Under the pieces are notes generated by a model that was given only the letters and a program-made list of their open reading frames with translations, had not been told where the DNA came from and ran no database searches. The position numbers and the translations under genes are program-made. Below are positions 23,426 to 33,058 of a stretch of 64,000 bases of DNA, piece by piece. Each line of letters begins with the position of its first letter. Positions within the stretch are counted from its first letter, which is position 1. This DNA comes from Candidatus Eiseniibacteriota bacterium (GTDB lineage Bacteria; Eisenbacteria; RBG-16-71-46; JABDJR01). The DNA lies in assembly GCA_963762255.1 (NCBI GenBank), contig CAVXKA010000002.1, positions 1,344,001-1,408,000 of the forward strand, read 5' to 3'.

Positions 23426-24790
23426 TCACGCTTCGCGCTCGAGAATGCTCACGGAGACGTAGGTTCCGGTGCCGGCGTGGGAGTGGATCGCTCCCCGCTT
23501 GGCGTCCTTGACCTGGAGGGTGGCGTCGCCGAAGTGCTTCTTGATCGTCCCCTGCAACTGCCAGATCGCGAAGACGCCCTGCATGAGGCCGGTGGCGCCC
23601 ACGGGGTGTCCGCAGGCGATGAGCCCGCCCGAGGGATTGACCGCGCACTGGGGCTTCTCGGCGAGCTTGAGACCGTAGTCCACGCTCGGCATGAACGCCT
23701 TGCCCGAAGCGGCGAAGGGACCGCCCTCGCCGTACCGGCAGAGGCCCATGTCCTCATAGGTCTGGAGCTCGCTCGAGGTGTAGGCGTCGTGAAGCTCGAC
23801 GAAATCGAGTTCGTTCAGGGGGTCCTTGATCCCCGCCCCGCGGTAGGCCATGTTGCCCGCCGTGCGGCCGGCCCGGAACGAGTGAACGCCGGGGTACCGC
23901 GTGCCGTGCTTCCAGAGCTTCTGGTAGTAAGCGCGCGTGTCCTCGGAGTTCCGCTCCTGCTCGGTGGCGTAATCGTTCATGAACGCGTCGTAGTCGACGT
24001 GCGGTCGATCGGCCATGCGCATGGCGTCCGTGCCGCGACCGATGCCGGTCACCTTCACCAGGGGTCGCGGGATCTTCGCCCCGGCCGCCTCCAGCCTCTT
24101 GATCCCCTCTTCGGAGGCGAGGACCGTCGCCGCGGCGCCGTCCGACATCACGCAGATGTCGAGGCGGGTCAGGGGCCACGCCACCATGGGCGCGTTGCGC
24201 ACGTCGGCGATGGTGTACCGGTTGCGCTTCTGGGAGTACGGGTTGTGATAGGCGTTGCGATGATTCTTCACGCTCACCGCCGCCATCTGCTCGACGGTCG
24301 TCCCGAACTCCTTCATGTGACGCGTGACCATCATCGCGTAGTAGCCGGAGTAGAAACCGCCGACCGGGTAGTCGAACGACACATCGGAGGCAAGCGCTAT
24401 GAACTCGTTCCCCTTCCACGTCTCCACGTGGCTCATGTTCTCGAACCCGTAGGCCACGCAGACATCCATGTGCCCGCTGGCCACCGACTTCCACGCCTCC
24501 TGGAAGCAGAGTCCTCCGGTGGCGCCTCCGCCCTCCACGCGATGGCTGGGTTTGGGACACAGGCCGAGATAGTCTTGGACCATGATTCCGGCCATGAGCT
24601 GGCGGCTGAAGTGGTCCGAGAAATAAGAGGCCACCGAACCGTCCACCGCGCGGGTGAAGTCCGGGAACGACAGTCCGATGTCCCGGATGGCGTAGTCGTA
24701 CGCCTCCTTGACCACCGCTTGAAACGTCTTGTCGGGGCGGGCCTTGGCGAACTTGGAGACCCCCCCGGATACTGCATAGACGGGTCGCAT
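23426..24790 (-). CDS. SCP2-type thiolase-fold protein with the catalytic Cys replaced by Gly
   Basis: RVEGGGATGG in place of VExAC.SG; VKNHRNA..NP, SDGAAA, VELHDAY and NPSGGL...GHPVGATG motifs. Confidence 0.85.
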   Translation of the reverse strand: MRPVYAVSGGVSKFAKARPDKTFQAVVKEAYDYAIRDIGLSFPDFTRAVDGSVASYFSDHFSRQLMAGIMVQDYLGLCPKPSHRVEGGGATGGLCFQEAWKSVASGHMDVCVAYGFENMSHVETWKGNEFIALASDVSFDYPVGGFYSGYYAMMVTRHMKEFGTTVEQMAAVSVKNHRNAYHNPYSQKRNRYTIADVRNAPMVAWPLTRLDICVMSDGAAATVLASEEGIKRLEAAGAKIPRPLVKVTGIGRGTDAMRMADRPHVDYDAFMNDYATEQERNSEDTRAYYQKLWKHGTRYPGVHSFRAGRTAGNMAYRGAGIKDPLNELDFVELHDAYTSSELQTYEDMGLCRYGEGGPFAASGKAFMPSVDYGLKLAEKPQCAVNPSGGLIACGHPVGATGLMQGVFAIWQLQGTIKKHFGDATLQVKDAKRGAIHSHAGTGTYVSVSILEREA

Positions 24791-25098
24791 GGTTTCTCCT
24801 TCAGGCGGGTAGGAACGAATTGGGGAAGAGCGAGATATTGCAGCATTCTAAGAGACGTCGATGCACTGGCATAGCAAGACATACCGTGGAAATGCGGTTT
24901 CCGCGAAAGTGCCGGGCATGTCTCGACGCGGGGGGGGCGTCGGCCGGGCCCCGGTTGAAGCCCCTTCGGAGCGAATTGACGGCGCACCATCAATCTTCCC
25001 AGCCGGATTGAAGTGCGGGCACGAATCTTCAGAAATTCGCTCTCTGAAATGGGTTAGCGGATCAGGACGGGAGGCCGCGCGCCGATATTTCTCACACC

Positions 25099-26927
25099 AT
25101 GAAGCCCGTCCCGACCCTCACCCATCAGGCTGGCCGCTGGGTTAGCCTCCGCGCGGGCACGACCGTCGCGGTCCTGGTCCTTCTCGCCGGCGCCCTCGCC
25201 TTCGCGCAACTCCAGCGGATGGCCCACCGCGCGTATCGGTCGGAGACCGTCCTCCACGCCCTCGGCACGCAAGTGAGTCGGATGAACGGGCTCGAATGGG
25301 AGGCGATCGCGATCCACGAGCTGTCCATCGAGTCCGACGTCGAATGGCAGGAGGCGCGGGAAGCGGCCGAGCACGAGATGCACACGCTACTCGAGCAGCC
25401 GGGGGCCGGCGCGAGGGTCAAGGCCCTGGAGAGCGCCCTCCACGCTTACGACGAGGCCATCATCAGGGAGTTCACGCTGATCAGGTTGGGGAAGATCGAC
25501 GAGGCCGAGCGGCTGGATGCTGAGACCGTGGACCCTTTGTACGACTTTCTCTTCGACACGATCACCGACCTGACGGGCGGGTATCGCGACCAGGCGATCC
25601 GCGCGGGCCGCTTCGGCCTCGGAGGAGGTCTCCTGACCGTTCTCGCCGCCCTGATCGCGATGGGCTACCTCGCGTGGAATGCTCAGTCCGCGCGACGGGA
25701 CATCGCGGTGACGTTGGCGGAGCAGCGGGTGCGGCAGGAGAGCGAGGAACGCTACCGGGGTCTGTTCGAAGCCAACCCGCACCCGATGTGGGTCGTCGAC
25801 TTGGCGACGCTGCGGTTCCTCGCGGTGAACTCGGCGGCGATCGAACGCTATGGGTATTCGCGCGAGGAATTTGGCGGGATGACACTGGAGGATGTGCGCC
25901 CCTTCGAGGATCTCGTTTCGATGTTCGGCGATGCGCAAACATGGAACGGCTCGGCCCATCACCACGGTCCATCGCGGCCACCGAACCAAGGACGGATCCA
26001 TCTTCCAGGCCGAGGCCACCTGTCGCCGCCTGGACTTCGCGGGCCGCCCCGCGGCGCTCTCGCTGGTCCGGGACGTGACCGATCGCCTGCGCCTGGAGGA
26101 AGAGCTGCGAGAGTCCCACAAGCTGGAGGCGGTGGGACGTCTGGCCGGCGGCGTGGCCCACGACTTCAACAACATCCTCACAGGGATCAGCGGCTTCGCC
26201 CAGCTCCTGGCGGCGGGGCTCCCCGATGAAGCGCACCGCAAGCACCGCAGATACGCCGAGGAAATCGTCACGTCCACACGAGCGCGCGGCCGGGCTCACA
26301 CAGCAGCTTCTTGCCTACAGCCGCCGGCAACCGCGGCGGGCGGAGGTTCTGGACCTGAACACGTTCATCGGCACCGTGCAGCACATCATTCAGCCGGTGG
26401 TCGGCAGCGCGATCCACGTGGAGGTGCGCAAGGCTCCGGATCTTTGGCCGGTTCGGATCGACCCGGGCCAGATCGAGCAGGTGATGGTGAGTCTGGCGGG
26501 ACACGCCCGCGACGCCATGCCTAACGGGGGAACGTTTACCCTGGAGACGGGGAATGCCCTTCTCGATGAGCGACAGGCCGCGGCCCTCGGAGGTCTTCCA
26601 GCCGGTGAGTATGTCGCCATCGAGATCAGCGACACCGGACCGGGAACCGGCGAGGAGACTCGAACCCGCATCTTCGACCCATTCTTCTCGGCCCGGCCGG
26701 ACAGTCCGGGCACCGGTCTGGGTCTGGCGATCGCCCAGAGCATCGTGAAGCAGAGCGGCGGGTTCATCACGGTGGAGAGTGCGGCCGGCCGGGGAACGAC
26801 GTTCCGACTACATATTCCGCGGGCGCAAGGGGAGATCGGAACCGCAGCGCCCCGCCCTTGGGCCGGCCGGATTCGCCGGAACAGGGGAACTGGGCTCGGG
26901 GAACGGCCGGCAGGCGGCCTGAAATAG
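25099..26927 (+). CDS. Membrane PAS-domain sensor histidine kinase; two +1 frameshifts (~25978, ~26278)
   Basis: Two TMs, PAS ([12 protein letters not shown]...HRTKDG), H-box [12 protein letters not shown] and HATPase (DTGPG, FDPFFS, GTGLGL, GRGTTF) spread over three frames. Confidence 0.85.
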
Positions 26928-26930
26928 GGC

Positions 26931-26959
26931 TTGCGCCCACCCCCCGGCTCCTGTACAGT
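26931..26959 (+). promoter_or_regulatory. Sigma70-type promoter of the RRM gene
   Basis: TTGCGC-N17-TACAGT. Confidence 0.55.
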
Positions 26960-27157
26960 CTCTCGCGTGTGGGGTGTGGTGACGGTCGGTTTAAAGGTGA
27001 TTTTCCTCCCGATGTGCCGCGAGCATTGATCGCGTCTCCTCCCGAGCCTTCGCCGATTTCCGCTGTCTCTGTGGGGTTCCAGGATCCTTCCGCCCATCCG
27101 GACGGGAGGCGGTATGCTCAGTCCAATCCCGCCATCGAGCGGGACTTACGAGGAACG

Positions 27158-27460
27158 ATGTCCAAGAAGATCTACGTGGGCAACTTGCCCTTCAGCGCTA
27201 CCCAGGAAGACATTCATCGCCTGTTCTCGCAGTACGGGACGGTGGAAAACGTTTCGCTCATCACCGACCGCGACACCGGCCGCCTCAAGGGGTTTGGCTT
27301 TGTCGAGATGTCGGCTGAGGGCGCAGCAAAGGCCATCGCCGCGCTCGACCAGACCGAGTTCGGCGGCCGCAACCTCAACGTGAACGAGGCCCGGCCTCGT
27401 GAGGAAGGTCGCGGTGGCGGCGGCGGCGGCTCCCGCGGTCCGCGCGGTCCCCGCTGGTAA
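27158..27460 (+). CDS. RRM-domain RNA-binding protein with a Gly/Arg-rich tail
   Basis: RNP2 IYVGNL, RNP1 [16 protein letters not shown] and a GGG tail; GAGGA RBS. Confidence 0.95.
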   Translation: MSKKIYVGNLPFSATQEDIHRLFSQYGTVENVSLITDRDTGRLKGFGFVEMSAEGAAKAIAALDQTEFGGRNLNVNEARPREEGRGGGGGGSRGPRGPRW

Positions 27461-27487
27461 TCTGACCCAGCGCTGACAGTTCGAATA

Positions 27488-27519
27488 ATCGGGGCCCGGC
27501 TCCCAAGCCGGGCCCCGAT
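27488..27519. terminator. Bidirectional terminator between the RRM gene and pckA
   Basis: ATCGGGGCCCGGCT-CCCA-AGCCGGGCCCCGAT, a perfect 14-bp stem with A/T-rich flanks. Confidence 0.8.
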
Positions 27520-27548
27520 GCTTTATGTCCCGGAAAGCGCGCGTCGCC

Positions 27549-29201
27549 CTATGTCCGGGAAAGCCGCGTCGGACCGGCCGCCGCCACCTCGGTGGGGCAA
27601 CCCTCCATGTAGAGCTTGAAGTTCTCGATGTAGCGCGCGGCCAGCCCGTCGTAGGTCTTCCAGTACTCGTCCTTGTTGCCCCACGCGTTGGAGGGCTCGA
27701 GCACGTCCTCGGGAACCTCCGGGCAACTGAGCGGCACTTCGAAGTCGAACAGTTTGTCCTTGCGGTATTTCACCTTCGCAAGCTTGCCCTCGAGCGCCGC
27801 GTTCAGAAGATTCCGGGTGTGGCGAATGCTGATGCGCTTGCCCACCCCGAACCGGCCGCCCACCCATCCGGTGTTGACGAGCCAGCACGCGCAATCGTGC
27901 TTCAGCATCTTCTCGCTCAGGAGTTTCGCGTAGAAGAACGGGTGATGGACCATGAACGGCGCCCCGAAGCAGGCGCTGAAGGTGATCTGCGGCTCGATGC
28001 CGAGCCCGATCTCCGTCCCCGCGATCTTCGAGGTGTACCCGCTGATGAAGTGATACATGGCCTGCTCGGGGTTCAGGCGCGCGATGGGCGGGAGCACCCC
28101 CGAGGCGTCGCAGGTGAGGAAGATCACGTTCCGCGGGTGCGAATGCACGTACCCTTCCTGAATCACGTTGGGGATCATGCTGATCGGATAGGATGCGCGC
28201 GTGTTCTCGGTGTTCCGGTCGTCGTCGAGATCGATTCGCCGCGACGCGGGATCCCACACCACGTTCTCGAGAATGGTGCCGAACTGGTGCGTGGTGGCGT
28301 GGATCTGCGGCTCGTGCTCCGCGGAGAGCCGGATCACCTTCGCGTAGCAGCCCCCCTCGAAATTGAACACGCCGGTGTCGCTCCAGCCGTGCTCGTCGTC
28401 CCCGATGAGGTTGCGCTTGGGGTCGGCGGACAAGGTGGTCTTTCCCGTGCCGGACAGCCCGAAGAAGAGGGCGACGTCACCCTCCGGCCCCACGTTGGCC
28501 GAGCAGTGCATGGCCATCACCCCGCGGAGCGGCATGAGGTAGTTCATGATCGTGAAGACGCTTTTCTTGATCTCTCCGCCGTAGGCGCTGTTGGCGATCA
28601 GCCCAAGCCGGGAGGCGAAGTTGAGCATGATGGCGGTATCGGTGCGGGTGCCGTCGACGCGCGGGTCCACCTTGAACGAGGGTGCGGCGATCACCGTGAA
28701 CTCGGGGACGTGCCGCTTGAGTTCGTCCTGATTGGGGATGGTGATGAACATGTTGCGCGCGAAGAGGCTGTGCCAGGCCTTGGTGGTGATGATGCGGATC
28801 GGCATGCGGTATTCGGGATCCGCACCGACGTAGCAGTCCTGCACCCACACTTCCTCGCCCTGCATGAACGCCTGGAGTCGCCCGAGAACGCTGTTGAACC
28901 CTCCCGGACTGGCCGGGCGGTTGTACTCGCCCCACCAGATCCGGTCCTCGTTCTCCGGCTCCCTGACGATGTACTTGTCCGCAGCAGCCCGGGCGCTCCA
29001 CTTTCCGGTGTTGACCAGGAAGGCACCGCCACGGACGAGGTGCCCCTCGTTGCGGAACACTGCCTCTTCGACCAGAGCCGAGTCGGGCAGATTCCAGTAC
29101 ACGCGGTCCAGGTGCTCCAAGCCGTGGTTGTTCAGCTTGAACTCGCTGGCCAGTTCGCCAGCCTGCTTGCTTGCCGGAGTATCGAATTCGAGGTACTTCA
29201 C
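27549..29201 (-). CDS. pckA: Phosphoenolpyruvate carboxykinase (ATP)
   Basis: GEIKKSVF, MHCSAN, GLSGTGKTTLSAD, IGDDEHGW, EGGCYAK and ENTRASYP motifs; GTG start overlaps the aminotransferase stop (GTGA). Confidence 0.97.
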   Translation of the reverse strand: MKYLEFDTPASKQAGELASEFKLNNHGLEHLDRVYWNLPDSALVEEAVFRNEGHLVRGGAFLVNTGKWSARAAADKYIVREPENEDRIWWGEYNRPASPGGFNSVLGRLQAFMQGEEVWVQDCYVGADPEYRMPIRIITTKAWHSLFARNMFITIPNQDELKRHVPEFTVIAAPSFKVDPRVDGTRTDTAIMLNFASRLGLIANSAYGGEIKKSVFTIMNYLMPLRGVMAMHCSANVGPEGDVALFFGLSGTGKTTLSADPKRNLIGDDEHGWSDTGVFNFEGGCYAKVIRLSAEHEPQIHATTHQFGTILENVVWDPASRRIDLDDDRNTENTRASYPISMIPNVIQEGYVHSHPRNVIFLTCDASGVLPPIARLNPEQAMYHFISGYTSKIAGTEIGLGIEPQITFSACFGAPFMVHHPFFYAKLLSEKMLKHDCACWLVNTGWVGGRFGVGKRISIRHTRNLLNAALEGKLAKVKYRKDKLFDFEVPLSCPEVPEDVLEPSNAWGNKDEYWKTYDGLAARYIENFKLYMEGCPTEVAAAGPTRLSRT

Positions 29202-30415
29202 GCCCAATCCCTCACAAGCTTCCGGTTGCCTATGTACAGCTCGTTGGGCGCGTTCGGATCGAGCGCCCACTTCATCCGCTCGACACCCTCGGTGACATCC
29301 TTGATCGAGCCGCAGTAGCTCATCCGCAGGTAGCCTTCCATGCCGAACTCGACGCCGGGAACCGTGACCACGAGCACCTTGTTGAGGAGGAACTCCGAGA
29401 GCTTGGTCGAGTTCTTGTTGTAGTGGCTGAAGTCGGCGAAGAGGTAGAACGTGCCGTCGGGCTTGGTCACCCGCACGCCGTCGAACGCCTCCAGGCGCGA
29501 CATCAGCACGTTGCGGTTGTTCTCCAGGGTGACCCGCAGGCTCTCCACCGAGGACTGGAGGCCGGCCAGGGCCGCCGCCGCCGCGTGCTGGAGGAGCGCG
29601 GAGGGGCCCGAGGTCTGGTGGCTCTGGATGTTAGTCATCGCCTCGATGAGTTTCTTGTTGGCCACCGCCCAGCCGATCCGGAACCCGGTCATGGCGTATT
29701 GCTTGGACACGCCGTTGATGATGATGAGCTTCGAGTTCTCCGTCTTGTCCTTGGCGAAGCTCCAGCAGTTGATGGGCCGCCGGCCGTCGAAGATCAGCCG
29801 GTGGTAGATGTCGTCCATGATGAGGTAGAGGTCGCGCCGCTCGCAGAAGTCGACGATGTCGGCGATGAACTCGGCCGAGTACATGGCCCCCGAGGGGTTG
29901 TTGGGGCTGTTGATGATCACGACCCTGGTGTACGAGCCGACCTTCTCCTCGATGTCGCGGATCGTGGGATAGAAGGTTCCGTCCTCCGGGTAGACCGGCA
30001 CGCCGATCGCGCCGCAGAGCTTGGCCATCTCGGGATAGCTCACCCAGTAGGGCGCCGGGTAGATCATCTCTTCCTGCGGGTTGAGGATGGCCTGCAGGGC
30101 GACCATGATGGACTGCTTGGCCCCGCCCGAGGCCATGACGTTCCACGGCGTCACCGGGCGGTCGTAGAATTCCTCTGTGTAGCGGATGATCGCCTGCTTG
30201 AGCGCGGGAGTGCCGTCGGCGGGCGTGTAGCGGACCTCGCCCGAGTTCAGCATCGCCGCCGCGGCGACCAGCGCGTCCATGGGAGGTTTGCTCTTCGGTT
30301 CGCCCCCCCCGAGATGAATGACCGGTTCCCCCTTGGCCCGCAAAATGGCCGCTTTCTCGTTCAGCTTGAGGGTGACCGATTCCCCGATGCTCCTGCCGAT
30401 CAGACTGAGGCTCAT
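29198..30415 (-). CDS. Class I/II PLP-dependent aminotransferase (aspartate aminotransferase-like)
   Basis: GGAKQ, PYWVSY, NSPNNPSG, DDIY and SKQYAMTGFRIG (PLP lysine) motifs. Confidence 0.9.
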   Translation of the reverse strand: MSLSLIGRSIGESVTLKLNEKAAILRAKGEPVIHLGGGEPKSKPPMDALVAAAAMLNSGEVRYTPADGTPALKQAIIRYTEEFYDRPVTPWNVMASGGAKQSIMVALQAILNPQEEMIYPAPYWVSYPEMAKLCGAIGVPVYPEDGTFYPTIRDIEEKVGSYTRVVIINSPNNPSGAMYSAEFIADIVDFCERRDLYLIMDDIYHRLIFDGRRPINCWSFAKDKTENSKLIIINGVSKQYAMTGFRIGWAVANKKLIEAMTNIQSHQTSGPSALLQHAAAAALAGLQSSVESLRVTLENNRNVLMSRLEAFDGVRVTKPDGTFYLFADFSHYNKNSTKLSEFLLNKVLVVTVPGVEFGMEGYLRMSYCGSIKDVTEGVERMKWALDPNAPNELYIGNRKLVRDWA

Positions 30416-30556
30416 GGCTTGCATTCCCCGCCGCTTCCAGGACCCAAAGCTACGCACACGCACGCCGACAGAGGACATCTAGGGTACCCGGCGACCCGAG
30501 GAACGTCAACACCGCCACCCGCCAAAATGGCTCACCACGTCCCCGAAAAGAAGCCG

Positions 30557-30609
30557 TTGACTTGGGCGGCGTCATGTTTCATCATTTCACTAATTCGCGA
30601 AATAGCGAA
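30557..30609 (+). promoter_or_regulatory. arsR-arsM promoter with an adjacent inverted-repeat operator
   Basis: TTGACT-N17-CATCAT followed directly by TTCACTAATTCGCGAAATAGCGAA (30586-30609, 20 of 24 positions palindromic). Confidence 0.65.
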
Positions 30610-30628
30610 CGAAGAAAGGAGCTGCGTT

Positions 30629-30979
30629 ATGCCCGCGCGCACGACCCGGACCGCGATCCCGCTCGCCGAGGCGATCGGCAAGCTGGAGCCGCTCGACGAC
30701 CTCGCCGCGGTGTTCGCCTCGCTGGGAAGCGCGCCCCGGTTGCGGCTGCTCTTCCTCCTCTATCACGATCCGGACCTCACGGTCGGTGAACTGGCCCGAA
30801 CGCTCGGGATCTCCATCTCCGGAGTCTCCGCGCACCTGCGAAGGCTGAAAGAAGCCAAGCTCGTCTCCTGCCGGAGAGACGGGCAGACGATCTGCTGCAC
30901 GCTCGCGTCGGGCAGCCGGCACATCCGGGCCCTGCGGGCGATGTTCCGGGAGATCACCCGGGATACAGGCTGCTGTTGA
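30629..30979 (+). CDS. arsR: ArsR/SmtB family transcriptional repressor
   Basis: FASLG...RLRLL, TVGELA, VSAHLRRLKEAKLV and RRDG winged-HTH motifs; two CC pairs near the C-terminus; AAGGAG RBS. Confidence 0.85.
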   Translation: MPARTTRTAIPLAEAIGKLEPLDDLAAVFASLGSAPRLRLLFLLYHDPDLTVGELARTLGISISGVSAHLRRLKEAKLVSCRRDGQTICCTLASGSRHIRALRAMFREITRDTGCC

Positions 30980-31002
30980 ACCTCTTCGAAGGGAGACTCT
31001 CC

Positions 31003-31824
31003 ATGGAATCCAAAGACGTTCGGGATGCGGTGCGCGACGCCTACGGTCGCATCGCGGAGAAGACCTCAAGCGCAAGCGCCTGCGGGTGCGGCCCGTCGTG
31101 CTGCGGGGGGGGCAGTGCCGACGCCTTCGCGCGCGGCCTGGGCTACGCCGAGGCGGATCTCGCTTCGCTGCCCGAGGGCGCCAACCTCGGGCTCTCCTGC
31201 GGCAACCCCACCGCCCTCGCCTCTCTGCGCGAGGGAGAGGTCGTGCTCGACCTGGGAAGCGGCGCCGGGCTGGACGTCTTCATCGCCGCGCGCGCGGTGA
31301 AGGCGACCGGTCGCGTCATCGGCGTGGACATGACGCCGGAAATGATCTCCAAGGCCCGCGCGAACGCGGCCCGCGCCGGACTCGAGAACGTCGAATTCCG
31401 TCTCGGCGAGATCGAGAACCTCCCCGTGGCCGACGCCTCGGTCGATGTCGTCATCTCCAACTGCGTGATCAACCTCTCTCCGGACAAGGAGCGTGTATTC
31501 CGCGAGATCGCCCGCGTGCTCAAGCCGGGCGGGCGGGTTGCCGTCTCCGACATGGCGCTGCTCCGTCCGTTGCCGGAGAGCGTGCGCGCGGAGATTCTGG
31601 CCTATGTGGGCTGCGTAGCGGGGGCCGTCCTGATCGACGAAACCATCGCCCAGCTGCGCGCGGCGGGGTTCACCGACATCGCCGTGGAGCCCAAACCCGG
31701 TGCGAGCATCCTCGACGACGTGCAGGATCCGCTCTATCGCCTGGTCCGGGACAAGCTTCCGGAGAACACCGGCCCGGAGGATTACGTCGTGAGCGTGAAC
31801 GTGCGGGCGGTGCGCCCGCTCTGA
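31003..31824 (+). CDS. arsM: Arsenite S-adenosylmethionine methyltransferase
   Basis: [30 protein letters not shown] and GCVAGA motifs, plus a Cys-rich N-terminus. Confidence 0.92.
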   Translation: MESKDVRDAVRDAYGRIAEKTSSASACGCGPSCCGGGSADAFARGLGYAEADLASLPEGANLGLSCGNPTALASLREGEVVLDLGSGAGLDVFIAARAVKATGRVIGVDMTPEMISKARANAARAGLENVEFRLGEIENLPVADASVDVVISNCVINLSPDKERVFREIARVLKPGGRVAVSDMALLRPLPESVRAEILAYVGCVAGAVLIDETIAQLRAAGFTDIAVEPKPGASILDDVQDPLYRLVRDKLPENTGPEDYVVSVNVRAVRPL

Positions 31825-31828
31825 GCCG

Positions 31829-32266
31829 TCACCTCCGCCGGAAACTCCAGAGCTTGTTGGCGACGAAGTTGATCGGCGTCACGGCGGCAATCGCGACGAG
31901 TTGGCTCGGATTGGGCCCGAAGTGGAACCGCTGCAGGCAGATCGAGAAGACGATCAGGTTGGCGGCGTAGGCAAGCAAGCTCACCGTGAAGAACTTGGGT
32001 AGCTCGCGACGCACCGCCCCGCTGGAGCGGAACGTCCATCGACGATTCAGCGTGTAGTTTGTGAGGACGGAGACCACAAAGCCGAGGGCGTTGGCGGCGT
32101 ACTTGGCTTCGAGCCCGGTGTGCCCGTGGAGAGAGTTCCACGCGAGGAGCGTCAGGTTGAACACGGCCAGGTTCACCAGAACGCCGCTCGCGCCCACCAG
32201 TCCGAACTTCACGAACTCGCGCAGACCCCGACTTCGCTCCGGCCAAGGCCCCGCTTGTTGCGTCAC
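31829..32266 (-). CDS. GtrA-family flippase-like membrane protein
   Basis: FVKFGLVG.SG..VN, NYTLNRRWTF and NFVANKLWSF motifs; four TMs; GTG start. Confidence 0.88.
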   Translation of the reverse strand: MTQQAGPWPERSRGLREFVKFGLVGASGVLVNLAVFNLTLLAWNSLHGHTGLEAKYAANALGFVVSVLTNYTLNRRWTFRSSGAVRRELPKFFTVSLLAYAANLIVFSICLQRFHFGPNPSQLVAIAAVTPINFVANKLWSFRRR

Positions 32267-32898
32267 GCGATCATCCCCCCCGGTGGCCGACTGCAGTCGC
32301 CGGAGGGGATGATACGCGAACTCCGCCCGAGCGGTCCTACGCGCTGAGGATCGCCTCAGCCTCCTTCTTGTCCACGTCCAGGATGTACTCGATCCCGGAG
32401 ATCCGCGCCGCGTCCTGGGTGAGGGCGGCAAGGTCCCCGCGGTCGATGTACTGGCACGCGAACTTACGGCTCCCCGCCATGAGCTGGCGCAGCCCCTGGG
32501 CCAACCGCTCGTAGTACGTGTACAGGCCGATGGCGCCGGTCGGCAACCGCTCGAACTCCGCGTCGCCCAGTTCACGACGCAGCTCGGCGGCGGTGACGAA
32601 GATCTCGTCCTTGGTGGTCCCGAAGCGCTCTACGTAGACCGGGATCACCCCCTGGTCGATGGTCCGGCCGATCGTCTTGCCCACCATGACCGCGGCGATG
32701 GGGCCACGAGCCATGCCGACCAGCTTCACGAACGGCGCCCCCATGGCGAGACCCTTGAAGATCTGATCCTCGAAGGTGAACCCCCCCGCCACCGCCAGCG
32801 GCGGAACGTACTGCTTGCGGTCGGCGAGCTGCTTGGCGTAGCCGTAGAGGAGCGAGTGCAGCTCGACCGGCGGCACCCCCCACTCGTTCATCATCCGC
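32202..32898. repeat. Direct repeat copy 1 (~697 bp): gtrA 5' end, spacer and 3' end of the glutamate-synthase-family gene
   Basis: Near-identical to 35543-36240 at an offset of 3342 bp over the coding part. Confidence 0.95.
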
Positions 32899-32942
32899 CC
32901 ATGCCCACCACGTTCTCGCCGATGGTCAGACCCGTGCCGGCG
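32337..32942 (-). pseudogene. Truncated, internally deleted duplicate of the FMN-binding glutamate synthase family gene
   Basis: 32337-32898 matches 35679-36240 with 4 substitutions; 32899-32942 matches 36794-36837; the intervening 553 bp and the 5' end are absent. Confidence 0.9.
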
Positions 32943-32968
32943 GCAGTCTCTCTCTTGAAGGTCCTCGC

Positions 32969-32997
32969 TTGACATGGTGGAGTTGACGGCGTATACA
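32969..32997 (+). promoter_or_regulatory. Putative sigma70 promoter of the glycosyltransferase pair
   Basis: TTGACA-N17-TATACA. Confidence 0.45.
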
Positions 32998-33058
32998 TAC
33001 ATCATGTATTCAGTTCTAGGTCGCCTCTGACGGATTGATCCTGCGCACGGCCTATACT

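Noticed and set aside
24865-24960. Possible c-di-GMP-type riboswitch upstream of the kinase
   Set aside because: Only a short ACCG...CGGT stem with GGAAA; the conserved core motifs are not present.
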